Below are positions 52,488-64,000 of a stretch of 64,000 nt of DNA, one piece after another (positions within the stretch are counted from its first letter, which is position 1; every line of letters begins with the position of its first letter). The DNA comes from Macrostomum lignano. Lineage: Eukaryota. Location of the stretch: NCBI GenBank assembly GCA_002269645.1, contig NIVC01000382.1, forward strand, positions 310,001 through 374,000, written 5' to 3'. The position numbers and the translations under genes are program-made. A model generated the notes under the pieces. The model was not told the origin of the DNA. It worked only from the letters and a program-made list of their open reading frames with translations, and made no database searches.

Positions 52488-53600
52488 TTCAGAATCGCCT
52501 CTAAACCACCTTCGGAATCGTCTCTGGACCACCTTCAGAATCGCCTCTGAACCACCTTCAGAATCGCCTCTGAACCACCTTCAGAATCGCCTCTAAACCA
52601 CCTTCAGAATCGCCTCTAAACCACCTCCAGAATCGCCTCTAAACCACCTTCAGAATTGCCTCTGAACCACTTTCAGAATCGCCTCTAAACCACCTCCAGA
52701 ATCGCCTCTGAACCACCTTCAGAATCGCCTCTGAACCACCTTCAGAATCGCCTCTGAACCACCTTCAGAATCGCCTCTGAACCACCTTCAGAATCGCCTC
52801 TGAACCACCTTCAGAATCGCCTCTAAACCACCTTCAGAATCGCCTCTAAACCACCTTCAGAATCGCCTCTAAACCACCTTCGGAATCACCTCTAAACCAC
52901 CTTCAGAATCGCCTCTAAACCACCTTCAGAATCGCCTCTGAACCACCTTCAGAATCACCTCTGAATCACCTTCAGAATCGCCTCTAAACCACCTTCGGAA
53001 TCACCTCTAAACCACCTTCAGAATCGCCTCTGAACCACCTTCGGAATCACCTCTAAACCACCTTCAGAATCGCCTCTGAACCACCTTCGGAATCACCTCT
53101 AAACCACCTTCAGAATCGCCTCTGAACCACCTTCGAAATCACCTCTAAACCACCTTCAGAATCGCCTCTAAACCACCTTCAGAATCGCTTCTAAACCACC
53201 TTCAGAATCGCCTCTAAACCACCTTCAGAATCGCTTCTAAACCACCTTCAGAATCGCCTCTAAACCACCTTCAGAATCGCCTCTAAACCACCTTTAGAAT
53301 CGCTTCTAAACCACCTTCAGAATCGCCTCTAAACCACCTTCAGAATCGCTTCTAAACCACCTTCAGAATCGCCTCTAAACCACCTTTAGAATCGCTTCTA
53401 AACCACCTTCAGAATCGCCTCTAAACCACCTTCAGAATCGCCTCTAAACCACCTTCAGAATCGCCTCTAAACCACCTTCAGAATCGCCTCTGAACCACCT
53501 TCAGAATCGCCTCTGAACCACCTTCAGAATCGCCTTTGAACCACCTTCAGAATCGCCTCTGAACCACCTTCAGAATCGCCTCTGAACCACCTTCAGAATC
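52488..53600. repeat. 23-bp minisatellite (ttcagaatcgcctctaaaccacc)n
   Basis: Period 23. The unit resembles the 24-mer at 45183. Confidence 0.96.
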
Positions 53601-54178
53601 CTATGTACTAAAATTACATCTGAAACTCTATTTTCAATTGATTTTTATTAAAATATCCAGGCCAAACCGGCTTTATAAACTGTATTTGCCGTCATAAAAT
53701 GCTTTTCTGTCTTATAAACAGTTTATCCAGCTGTGTCTTGCGGTGCGAACCCCCTAAAAAACTGAAAATCGGTCAATAAATAAGCCGACATATTGTATTT
53801 ATTTTGTCTTTCTTCTAACTTTTGCGTATCGTGGTATATACGGTTTTTGTTAAACTAAAAATTTTATATATTCCGCGAATTTTAAAATGCGCAAACTTCT
53901 TTGGTGATGCAATAATAATAAAATCTCTATAATTTATTCAGCGATACTACTGCCAACTACTGCTTAGTAGTATTGACATTTTTTTGGGGTAGCCTTATTT
54001 ATTTAAGCTAAGTTTTGTATTACACCAACCCAAAGGGGGGCTAAGAGTGCTAGTCCACTATACTAAAACTGCGATGTGTGTATCTGTTTCTATGTACTTT
54101 TCAGCAGGGAAGCGCCGCACTAACATTATACATAGTAAAACACTACTGCAACCAGCTACTCCAATGAGCTAAATTTCC

Positions 54179-57100
54179 ATGGCTACAGAAGTTGATAATG
54201 CTGACCAAATGCAGAGCAGTAGTAAGCTATTGATGAATATTGGTTAAAATTAATAAATTGTACATTAATTATGTTAATTAATAAATTCAATTTCTAGATG
54301 AAGCAACGGATAAGGAGAAGCCGGCAACAGATCTGGCGGGAAGTAATCCTTTATCCGAGGAAGAAATGGTTTGTAAAAATTAGCATTTCTTACTACTTAC
54401 TTATTTCTCGATTTAGTAGTATTGTAAAAAACAAGGTTTTAACAAGTTTTTAACGCAATTATTTAAGGCCGAATTGGAAGCATATCGCGTTGAATTGTCC
54501 ACTCGTTACGGCCAGTTGGACGCTCTGTTGCTAGGCAACGAGAATCCTAGCGAGTGCGCAGATTTTCCACCATTCGCCAAGAATGACTCCAGTCTGAAAC
54601 GGAATACCGCCTTTGTGAAGAAGCTGGTGAGTTCGTGTTCAGGAGGCATAAACGATGCGTGATATCATGTTTTATAGCCTAAGATATCGGCACCCCATTT
54701 GAGTCTCGGCAACTCAGCAACTCCCCCCCCCCCCATTTGAGTCTTGGCAGCTCAGCAACTCCCTCATTTGAGTCTTGGCAACTCAGCAACTCCCCCCATT
54801 TGAGTCTTGGCAACTCAGCAACTCCCCACCCCCCCATTTGAGTCTCGGCAACTCAGCAACTCCCCCCCATTTGAGTCTCGGCAACTCAGCAACTCCCCCC
54901 ATTTGAGTCTCGGCAACTCAGCAACTTCCCCCATTTGAGTCTTGGCAGCTCAGCAACTCCCCCCATTTGAGTCTTGGCAACTCAGCAACTCCCCCCCCCA
55001 TTTGAGTCTCGGCAACTCAGCAACTCCCCCCATTTGAGTCTCGGCAACTCAGCAACTTCCCCCATTTGAGTCTTGGCAACTCAGCAACTCCCCCCCCCAT
55101 TTGAGTCTTGGCAACTCAGCAACCCCCCCCCCATTTGAGTCTCGGCAACTCAGCAACTCCCCCCCCATTTGAGTCTTGGCAACTCAGCAACCCCCCCCCC
55201 ATTTGAGTCTCGGCAACTCAGCAACTCCCCCCATTTGAGTCTTGGCAGCTCAGCAACTCCCCCCCATTTGAGTCTTGGCAGCTCAGCAACTCCCCCCCCC
55301 ATTTGAGTCTTGGCAGCTCAGCAACTCCCCCCATTTGAGTCTTGGCAGCTCAGCAACTCCCCCCCATTTGAGTCTCGGCAACTCAGCAACTCCCCCATTT
55401 GAGTCTTGGCAGCTCAGCAACTCCCCCCATTTGAGTCTCGGCAACTCAGCAACTCCCCCCATTTGAGTCTTGGCAGCTCAGCAACTCCCCCCATTTGAGT
55501 CTCGGCAACTCAGCAACTTGTCTCTGTCGCCTCTGATTTGTGGAGATGCCCAACAGACCCCTAAAAGACTAACAAGCAATTCCATGTTAATTAGCGGTAT
55601 TAGCAAACTCCATCAATTGCTCAAATCCCGCAGAAAAACTACACAGAATCTCAGCGAGACGCCATCATGCGAGAACTGCCAGCCCTAAACCTGTCTAAAT
55701 ACCTTGAAGAAGTTGCCAATGCACTGTTAGAAGCCAAGTTGAAATCTAGCGACCTATCAAGCATCTTGCTAATTAATTGCTTACTAGCTAGAAACTATGC
55801 CGAATACGCTGAATTAGCGCTGGTTGCTTGGCGAAAGGTTCTGCTGCCAAAGCAGCAACAACCGAAAGAGTCCCAGCAGAGCCAGTGGAATCTGGCTAAA
55901 CTACGTGTCGATCTCCGTCTATACTCGGATTTAATATTCGCAAAAGTTCTACCAACAATGCCAGCTTTGAAGCTGCTTGGCCAATGCTTGCAAGCTCTGA
56001 CATTGAATGACGCGGATTTCTATCACTGCGGTTTAGTCTGTCACCTGTTGAGCCACTCTGGCGACTCGCTTATTGGCCAGCTGCCAACTAGAAAACTCGC
56101 ACTGGCCAACCGGTGCAGCCCAGCAGTTGAGTTGCCTCGCGGTACTCACTATTTAGAGGCCGAGACCAGGCGTCCGTTCTATCGATTGTTAACCGAATAT
56201 GGCAAACGGTTGACCAGCTCACTGACCGACCGGGCTGGCGAGTTGAGTCGGATGGATCGGCAGAATCGGCGAATTTTGAATAGTAAAGGCGAGCTCAGCC
56301 AGGACAGGCGCGACGCTTTTGAGACGTGCAAAAAAGAAGTTGATAGATTGCTTGGTGGGTGACAATTGCAATAAATTTTGCTTTTCTTGATTCACTCAAC
56401 AAAAGTCGGTAGAAATCCCCATAAATCGGTAGAAATCCTCAAATCGGTAGAAATCCCCATACAAATCGGTAGAAATCCCCATATAAAACGGTAGAAATCC
56501 CCATATAAAACGGTAGAAATCCCCATATAAAACGGTAGAAATCCCCATATAAAACGGTAGAAATCCCCATATAAAGTCTGTAGAAATCCCCATATAAAAC
56601 GGTAGAAATCCCCATATAAAACGGTAGAAATCCCCATATAAAACGGTAGAAATCCCCATATAAAACGGTAGAAATCCCCATATAAAGTCTGTAGAAATCC
56701 CCATATAAAACGGTAGAAATCCCCATATAAAACGGTAGAAATCCCCATATAAAACGGTAGAAATCCCCATATAAAACGGTAGAAATCCCCATATAAAACG
56801 GTAGAAATCCCCATATAAAACGGTAGAAATCCCCATATAAAACGGTAGAAATCCCCATATAAAGTCTGTAGAAATCCCCATATAAAACGGTAGAAATCCC
56901 CATATAAAACGGTAGAAATCCCCATACAAATCGGGGGAAATCCCCATGTAAGTGGTAGAAATCCCCATATAAAGCGGTAGAAATCCCCATATAAAACGGT
57001 AGAAATCCCCATATAAAACGGTAGAAATCCCCATATAAAACGGTAGAAATCCCCATATAAGTCGGTAGAAATCCCCATATAAAACGGTAGAAATCCCCAT

Positions 57101-59172
57101 ATAAATCGGTAGAAATCCCCATATAAGTCGGTAGAAATCCCCATATAAAACGGTAGAAATCCCCATACAAATCGGGGGAAATCCCCATGTAAGTGGTAGA
57201 AATCCCCATATAAAGCGGTAGAAATCCCCATATAAAACGGTAGAAATCCCCATATAAAGCGGTAGAAATCCCCATATAAAGCGGTAGAAATCTCTATTAA
57301 AATTGCCAGGCCTGGCCAACCAGCTGTGCAACTTACTCGGCGAGCCAGCTCCCGAACTGCCGCCAATCGAATCGGACGATCTGGACGAAGAGGAGCGGGC
57401 CGTGGCCGACTCTCTGTCTGCCCCGGCCGGAGCGGGTCGCCTCCCAGGCCTGGACGAAGCTTCGGGCGTTTTAGGCCGCTTTGAAGACGAGGACGCGAGA
57501 GCTTTCTACGAAACTCTGCCAGATTTGAGGCCAATGCTGCCGGAAGTGCTGGTTAGAGAGGCCAAAGAGCGAATGGAGACTGCTGCTGCGGCTGCTGCTG
57601 CTACTAAGCAGGTATAGGCCAGTTGCAGTATAGCAATGCTACTAATAGTAGCAATATAGCAAAGCTACTAATAGTAGCAATATAGCAATGCTACTTATAG
57701 TAGCAATATAGCAATGCTACTAGCAATATAGCAATGCTACTAATAGTAGCAATATAGCAAAGCTACTAATAGTAGCAATATAGCAATGCTACTTATAGTA
57801 GCAATATAGCAATGCTACTAGCAATATAGCAATGCTACTAATAGTAGCAATATAGCAATGCTACTTATAGTAGCAATATAGCAAAGCTACTAATAGTAGC
57901 AATATTGCAATGCTACTAATAGTAGCAATATAGCAATGCTACTAATAGTAGCAATATAGCAATGCTACTAATAGTAGCAATATAGCAAAGCTAATAATAG
58001 TAGCAATATAGCAATGCTACTACTAGTAGCAATATAGCAAAGCTAATAATAGTAGCAATATAGCAATGCTACTAATAGTAGCGATATAGCAATGCTACTA
58101 CTAGTAGCAATATAGCAATGCTACTAATAGTAGCGATATAGCAATGCTACTAATAGTAGCAATATAGCAATGCCACTAATAGTAGCAATATAACAATGCT
58201 ACTAATAGTAGCAATATAGCAAGGCTACTAATAGTAGCAATAATAGCAAGGCTACTAATAGTAGCAATATAGCACAGCTACTAATAGTAGCAATATAGCA
58301 AAGCTACTAATAGTAGCAATATAGCAAGGCTACTAATAGTAGCAATATGGCAAGGCTACTAATAGTAGCAATATAGCACAGCTACTAATAGTAGCAATAT
58401 AGCACAGCTACTAATAGTAGCAACATATAACAAAACTACTTTATTGACTCTTCATTAAATAAACCTGAAGAAAACGGAAGATTCAATCGCGCTAAAAGAA
58501 GAAGAAACCGAGCGTCAAGAAGATCAAAGCAAAGCCGAACAGAAATCAGAATCTGCAGAAGCAGACACGGAAGCAGCGGAAGACGATGAAGCCGCTTTAG
58601 AACGAGAACTGCTCGAAGAGGAAGAGCAGCAAGCGGCTGCGGCGGCAGCGCCTGCGGAGCCCGACAGTGTCGAAACTACCGACGCTACTTCGACCTCGGC
58701 CACTGCTCAGCAAGATGAAGATGAAGAATCTGCTGTATTAACTAGCCAACCTGCTGCTCCTGCTCAGACTCAGACTCAGCGCCAGGCTCAGCTAGAGCAG
58801 TTCCTGACCGCGCTGCCAACTCTTGTCAATCGCGACATGATCGATAAAGCGGCTGTGGAATTTGCCACCGGATTGAATTCCAAATCCGCCAGGAGGCGCC
58901 TGAGTCACGCCATGCTCACTGTGCACCGCAGCAGGTCCGACCTGCTACCGTTCTACGCCCGTCTGGCAGCCGTGCTGCAGCCAGTGGCGCCCGAGGTGGC
59001 CCAGGAGCTGCGGCAGCGGCTGCAGGCCGACTTTCGGCACGCTTTTCATAAGAAAGACCACACTAACCTGGAGTCCAAGCTGAAGGTTGGTGCCGCTTGG
59101 GCTGTCTGTCTGCCTGTCTGTCTGCCTGTCTGTGTGTCTGTCTGTCCGTCTGTCTGTCTGTCTGTCTGTAAT

Positions 59173-59245
<73 letters not shown>

Positions 59246-62200
59246 GTCTGCCTGTGTCTGTCTGCCTGTCTGTCTGTCTGTGTGTCTTTCCGTCTGGCTG
59301 TCTGCCTGTCTGTAATTCTGTCTTAGACTTTGTAATTCCTATCATTTTATTGCCTAATAAACAATATTGATAACAAAATTCACTCGCTCCCCGCAGACTG
59401 TCAGATTCATCGGAGAGCTGGTCAAATTCGGCCTGTTTCCTTTGGCTGATGCGGCCGCTGATTTGAAATTGTTAATTATTAATTTCAGTCATCACAGCAT
59501 TGAATTGGCTTGCACCCTATTGGAAAGCTGTGGTCGGTATCTGTACGCTACACCTGAGACTCACCTGCGAATTAAGGTGCGTAATTGCTTTGTTTTATTA
59601 CGTAATGGCCTGTGATGCTCTCTGATTGGTCAGTGACTGACTGAATACCCTGCGGTGCTTTCTGATTGGTCAGTGACTGACTGAATACCCTGTGGTGCTC
59701 TCTGATTGGTCAGTGACTGACATTCTCTTTCTTATTAACCCTAATGTTCTTCCCTACTTCATGGCAACAATTCAGGTGTACCTGCGCAATCTGTGGAACA
59801 AGAAGACCAAGATGGTGACAGACGAACGCCTATCAGCAATGATTGAAAATGCCTATTATTCTGTGGCGCCGCCCGACGCCAACTCACGTCGATTAGCTAA
59901 AGTAGTCCTGTTGCCGCCAATGATGCAGTTCCTGCAACGGCTGCTGTTTAAGGACCTGTGCAATTCTACCGTTGAAAAGGTGACACACCCGTTGTGTGCT
60001 GGCGGGACCTCCCGGCTAGTGGGAATGCTGGAGTTTTACAAGGATGTGGGGAATTCTTTGATGAGGACCATTGTTTATAGTGTGCAATTTTGTAAGGGGA
60101 ATTATTCACTTGGAGAATTATCAAGGGGAATTATTCAGCATGAAAAATTATTCATCAATAGGGAGTTATTCAGCATGGGGAATTATTAATCAACAGGGAA
60201 TTATTCAGCATGGAGAATTATTAATCAACAGGGAATTATTCAGCATGGGGAATTATTAATCAACAGGGAATTATTCAGCATGGAGAATTATTAATCAACA
60301 GGGAATTATTCAGCATGGAGAATCATTAATCAATAGGGAATTATTCAGCATGGAGAATTATTAATCAATAGGGAATTATTTAGCATGGAGAATTATTAAT
60401 CAATAGGGAATTATTTAGCATGGAGAATTATTAATCAATAGGGAATTATTTAGCATGGAGAATTATTAATCAATAGGGAATTATTTAGCATGGAGAATTA
60501 TTAATCAATAGGGAATTATTTAGCATGGAGAATTATTAATCAATAGGGAATTATTTAGCATGGAGAATTATTAATCAATAGGGAATTATTTAGCATGGAG
60601 AATTATTAATCAACAGGGAATTATTTAGCATGGAGAATTATTAATCAATAGGGAATTATTTAGCATGGAGAATTATTAATCAACAGGGAATTATTTAGCA
60701 TGGAGAATTATTAATCAATAGGGAATTATTTAGCATGGAGAATTATTAATCAATAGGGAATTATTTAGCATGGAGAATTATTAATCAATAGGGAATTATT
60801 TAGCATGGAGAATCTTTTTCAAGGGGAATTATTTATCGAGAAAGAATTATTCCAAACAGACAGGATAGACAAATGCTAACACCTTGAACCCCCCCCAGGT
60901 GCTGAACCTGTGCCTCCGGCTGCCCTGGACTGATCCTGAAATCTCCCAATTTGCTGTCCGCTGCTTCACCAGCGTCTGGTGCATCCCCTACAGCTCTGTG
61001 CACTGCCTGGCCTCAGTCCTGGCCGGTCTAGCGCCCTACCAACCGTCAGTTGCCATAGCCGTAGTTGACAACGTGCTCGAAGACATTCGCCTCGGCATGG
61101 AGATTAACGAGACTCGATTGAATCAACGCAGAATAGCTTGCTCCAGATACCTGGGCGAGCTTTACAACTACTGCCTAGTTGAGAGCGGTCTGATATTTAA
61201 TACTTTGCATTCTTTTATATCCTTTGGTGTAGACCTGTCCGATCCTACCGCTCCTGAGCAGTCTTCTCAACCTCCGGCAGCCGATTACATTTCGCTTGAT
61301 CCTCCCGAGCATCTACTCAGGATTCGTCTGTCGTGTGTTCTGTTGCAGACTTGTGGGCAGTACTTCGACACAGGCTCTAATAAGAAGCGCCTAGACGCCT
61401 ACCTGCTCTACTTGCAGCAGTATTATTGGTCTAAACGGCGGCAACTAGTTTGGTCTAGCGAGGATCGACCGTTTCCTTTAGATATCGAATATCTCTACAC
61501 AGAGACTGTGGACTCTTTGAGGCCGAAATTTAAGCACGCAAATGATTTTCAAGAGGCTAGATTGTTAGTTGACAAGCAGGAGAAAGCTTTTCTTGCTAAG
61601 CTTGGTAAGTTTTTTATCTTGGAGGAGTTGCCGGGGCATTAAAATAAAATCTCCAAATCCCTTATCTCATATCGCAGATCCCTAATCCCATATTCCAGAT
61701 CCCTAATCCCATAGTCCAGATCCCTAATCCCATTTTCCAGATCCCTAATCCCATATTCCAGATCCCTAATCCCATAGTCCAGATCCCTAAATCCCATATT
61801 CCAAATCCCTAATCCCATATTCTAGATCCCAATCCCATATTCCAGATCCCTAATCCCATTTTCCAGATCCCTAATCCCATATTCCAGATCCCTAATCCCA
61901 TAGTCCAGATCCCTAAATCCCATATTCCAAATCCCTAATCCCATATTCTAGATCCCAATCCCATATTCCAGATCCCAATCCCATATTCCAGATCCCTAAT
62001 CCCATATTCCAGATCCCTAATCCCATATTCCAGATCCCTAATCCCTTATTCCAGATCCCTAAATCCCATATTCCAGATCCCTAAATCCCATATTCCAAAT
62101 CCCTAATCCCTTATTCCAGATCCCTAATCCCATATTCCAAATCCCTAATCCCTTATTCCAGCACCCTAAATCCCATATTCCAGATCCCTAATCCCTAATC

Positions 62201-63347
62201 CCATATAGATCCTCTTATTGATTAAGCCCTCTTGATTAAGCCCAAGGGCAACCCTTAACCCAAATCATTCGCAGAACGCGTGGCCGCCAAGCTTCAACAG
62301 CAAAGCGACACAGCAGCTCGCGGTCAGTTGACCACGATAGTTGAAGCCTCCGGCGTCGCAGGTGCCACCTCGACAGCTTCGGGCACGTCAGCGACTGAAG
62401 ACGAAGACGATGAGGACGATGATGATGAAGAAGAGGACGGAGATGACGAGAGAGGCGGCGGGAAGCGACGTTCCGGTGGACGGAATCATCGTCGGGATGA
62501 CGCTGGCACCGACGGTGATAATCCAGAAGGCGAAGACGACGCCGACAGAGCATCATCGAACTCGGCGACTCCCCAGCGGCGACAGTCGCCCAGGCCGGAG
62601 CTGATGGCCTGCCCGGAGGACGAGGAATTCATTCGAGCTTTCGAACGAACTCTGGCTGTGGAAGGTGGCGTGGGCGGCGGCGTCGGCGGCGGCGTCGGTG
62701 GCCCGCCCGGGTTTCTGTCCGCTTCCGGCGATCCGAATTCCATCGCCTGTGCCTCCAATTCTCCAGCCGCTGACGCTCCGGCTGCTGGCACCGTGGCCTT
62801 CACCGTCATGGCCCGCCGTGGCGGCAACTTGCGCAACCAGCCTGTGGTGCGGCTGCCGGCCGACAGCCACCTGGCCAGGCGTTACCTGGCCGCCGTTGAA
62901 GCCGACGCCAGAGAGCGAGAGGCTGTCAAACGAGCCACGCTGAGCATCACGGAGGCGCAGATGCGGCGAGACGAAGCTGCGGATGAGGCGGCAGCGGCAG
63001 CTGCGATTGCCGATGCGGAGGTGCCGCATCTCATCGGCCACAGGCAGCGCGGCGGCGGCGGCGGGCGCTGGCAGCACCGACAGGGCGGAGCTGGCAGGTA
63101 ATTGGCGTGCGGGTCTGTGTCCCAGATCCCCAGTTTCTGGGCCAGCCTCCCAGATCCCCAGTTGCTGAGCCAGCCTCCCAGATCCCCAGTTGCTGGGCCA
63201 GCCTCCCAGATCCTCAGTTGCTGGGCCAGCCTCTCAGATACCCAGTTACTGGGCCAGCCTCCCAGATCCCCAGTTACTGGGCCAGCCTCCCAAATCCTCA
63301 GTTGCTGGGCCAGGAAAAACCGCTTCTACAAGCTAAGCAGCAATTAA
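54179..63347 (+). CDS. UPF2: Regulator of nonsense transcripts 2 (3 MIF4G domains), 11 exons, about 1285 aa
   Basis: Exons 54179-54221, 54298-54368, 54468-54626, 55634-56354, 57310-57611, 58471-59085, 59397-59576, 59776-59979, 60899-61604, 62275-63097, 63314-63347 (3858 nt, frame preserved). Motifs [77 protein letters not shown] and an acidic tract. The first two and last exons are inferred from phase, not homology. Confidence 0.92.
54690..55518. repeat. ~31-36-bp minisatellite (atttgagtctcggcaactcagcaact + variable poly-C) in UPF2 intron 3
   Basis: Constant 26-bp core plus a variable C-run. Confidence 0.93.
56400..57296. repeat. 22-bp minisatellite (cggtagaaatccccatataaaa)n in UPF2 intron 4
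   Basis: Period 22. It is the source of three spurious minus-strand ORFs. Confidence 0.96.
57625..58425. repeat. 26-bp palindromic minisatellite (tgctactaatagtagcaatatagcaa)n in UPF2 intron 5
   Basis: Period 26; the unit contains the inverted repeat tgctacta-a-tagtagca. Confidence 0.95.
59098..59330. repeat. (TCTG)n microsatellite in UPF2 intron 6
   Basis: Direct reading. Confidence 0.93.
59612..59720. repeat. ~41-bp repeat x2.5 (ctctgattggtcagtgactgactgaataccctg) in UPF2 intron 7
   Basis: tctgattggtcagtgactgac occurs three times. Confidence 0.8.
60100..60815. repeat. 35-bp minisatellite (gggaattatttagcatggagaattattaatcaata)n in UPF2 intron 8
   Basis: Period 35 (60371 to 60406). Confidence 0.95.
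61672..62205. repeat. 21/22-bp minisatellite (cagatccctaatcccatattc)n in UPF2 intron 9
   Basis: Period 21; the unit contains CCCTAA. Confidence 0.93.
63105..63313. repeat. 28-bp minisatellite (cccagatccccagttgctgggccagcct)n in the inferred last UPF2 intron
   Basis: Period 28, about 7 units. Confidence 0.92.
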
Positions 63348-64000
63348 ATTTCATTTCCAGATATTGAACCCGAGTTTCTGCTGCTATCAACTCTGCTTTT
63401 TTAACTTAAAAAACTAAAGTCTGTCTTCAAGTAAAAAATTAACAATTCTTGTAGTTAGTACTTGTCTGCCTTTTATTTAGCAAATTTATAAGGTAACAAA
63501 ACGTGCATCTGCTTGGTATGTTCCCAGCTAATCTGTACAGCTTATAGCTCATGCCTGTGTAATTTTGTGTTGCCAAATATATATAAAATATGCATAAAGT
63601 CAAGTTGGTTTATTACCTGTTCACAATATTCAGACATTAAAGAAACTTCAAACAAAAATTATTGTGCAATTTTATTATTATTAATTCACCATAATTATTT
63701 TATTAACATCAAGCAATCAGCAATAAGTATTAATTGAAGAGAGAGATTAATCGGTGCTATTAAAACTTACAGCAAGAAGTAATACGCATTTATGAGTAGA
63801 AAGACGAATAACAGGTCTGCATTGACATAAATCAAGAGGAAAAGCATGATAGCTCGTGTTATTAACAATGCGGCGATGGGAATGAGATTGGGATATCATT
63901 GAAGTTTTAATTATACATAATTGATTGGTTGCGAGTATGGTTGCGATGAATTACGGTTACCAAGCATTCTTGATATATGTTAATCTGCTTAAACCTTTGC

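Noticed and set aside
56392-57534. Three long minus-strand ORFs (278-380 aa) with [19 protein letters not shown] repeats
   Set aside because: They come from the 22-bp satellite in UPF2 intron 4 and from the antisense of UPF2 exon 5.

Overview
A 64-kb window of an intron-containing animal genome. The tandem-repeat-filled introns, compact same-strand housekeeping genes and apparent trans-splice acceptors suggest a flatworm such as Macrostomum; that assignment is inference, not proof. Bases 1-18,200 contain no recognisable protein gene. They hold micro/minisatellites, a foldback-like pair of inverted 42-bp arrays, and an AT-rich, CpG-depleted block with two copies of a 171-bp palindromic MITE. 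From 18.4 to 63.3 kb lie 11 conserved housekeeping genes, all on the + strand: PCYT1, PITHD1, GEMIN8, DCPS, RPL37A, RPL36A, SREK1/SRSF11-like, PEX12, MED10, NUB1 and UPF2. I reconstructed their exons by hand with GT-AG junctions that keep the reading frame. Nearly every long intron and intergenic gap is filled by its own minisatellite. An intact DD34D mariner, a tRNA-derived SINE and a captured RPL37A fragment are also present. The top hypothesis is a long eukaryotic operon resolved by spliced-leader (SL) trans-splicing, in which NUB1 may take its start codon from the leader. The second is heavy cytosine deamination at CpG and CpA in the upstream repeat block. Most long ORFs in the supplied track are artefacts of tandem repeats. 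Repeat boundaries are approximate (about 20 bp either way).
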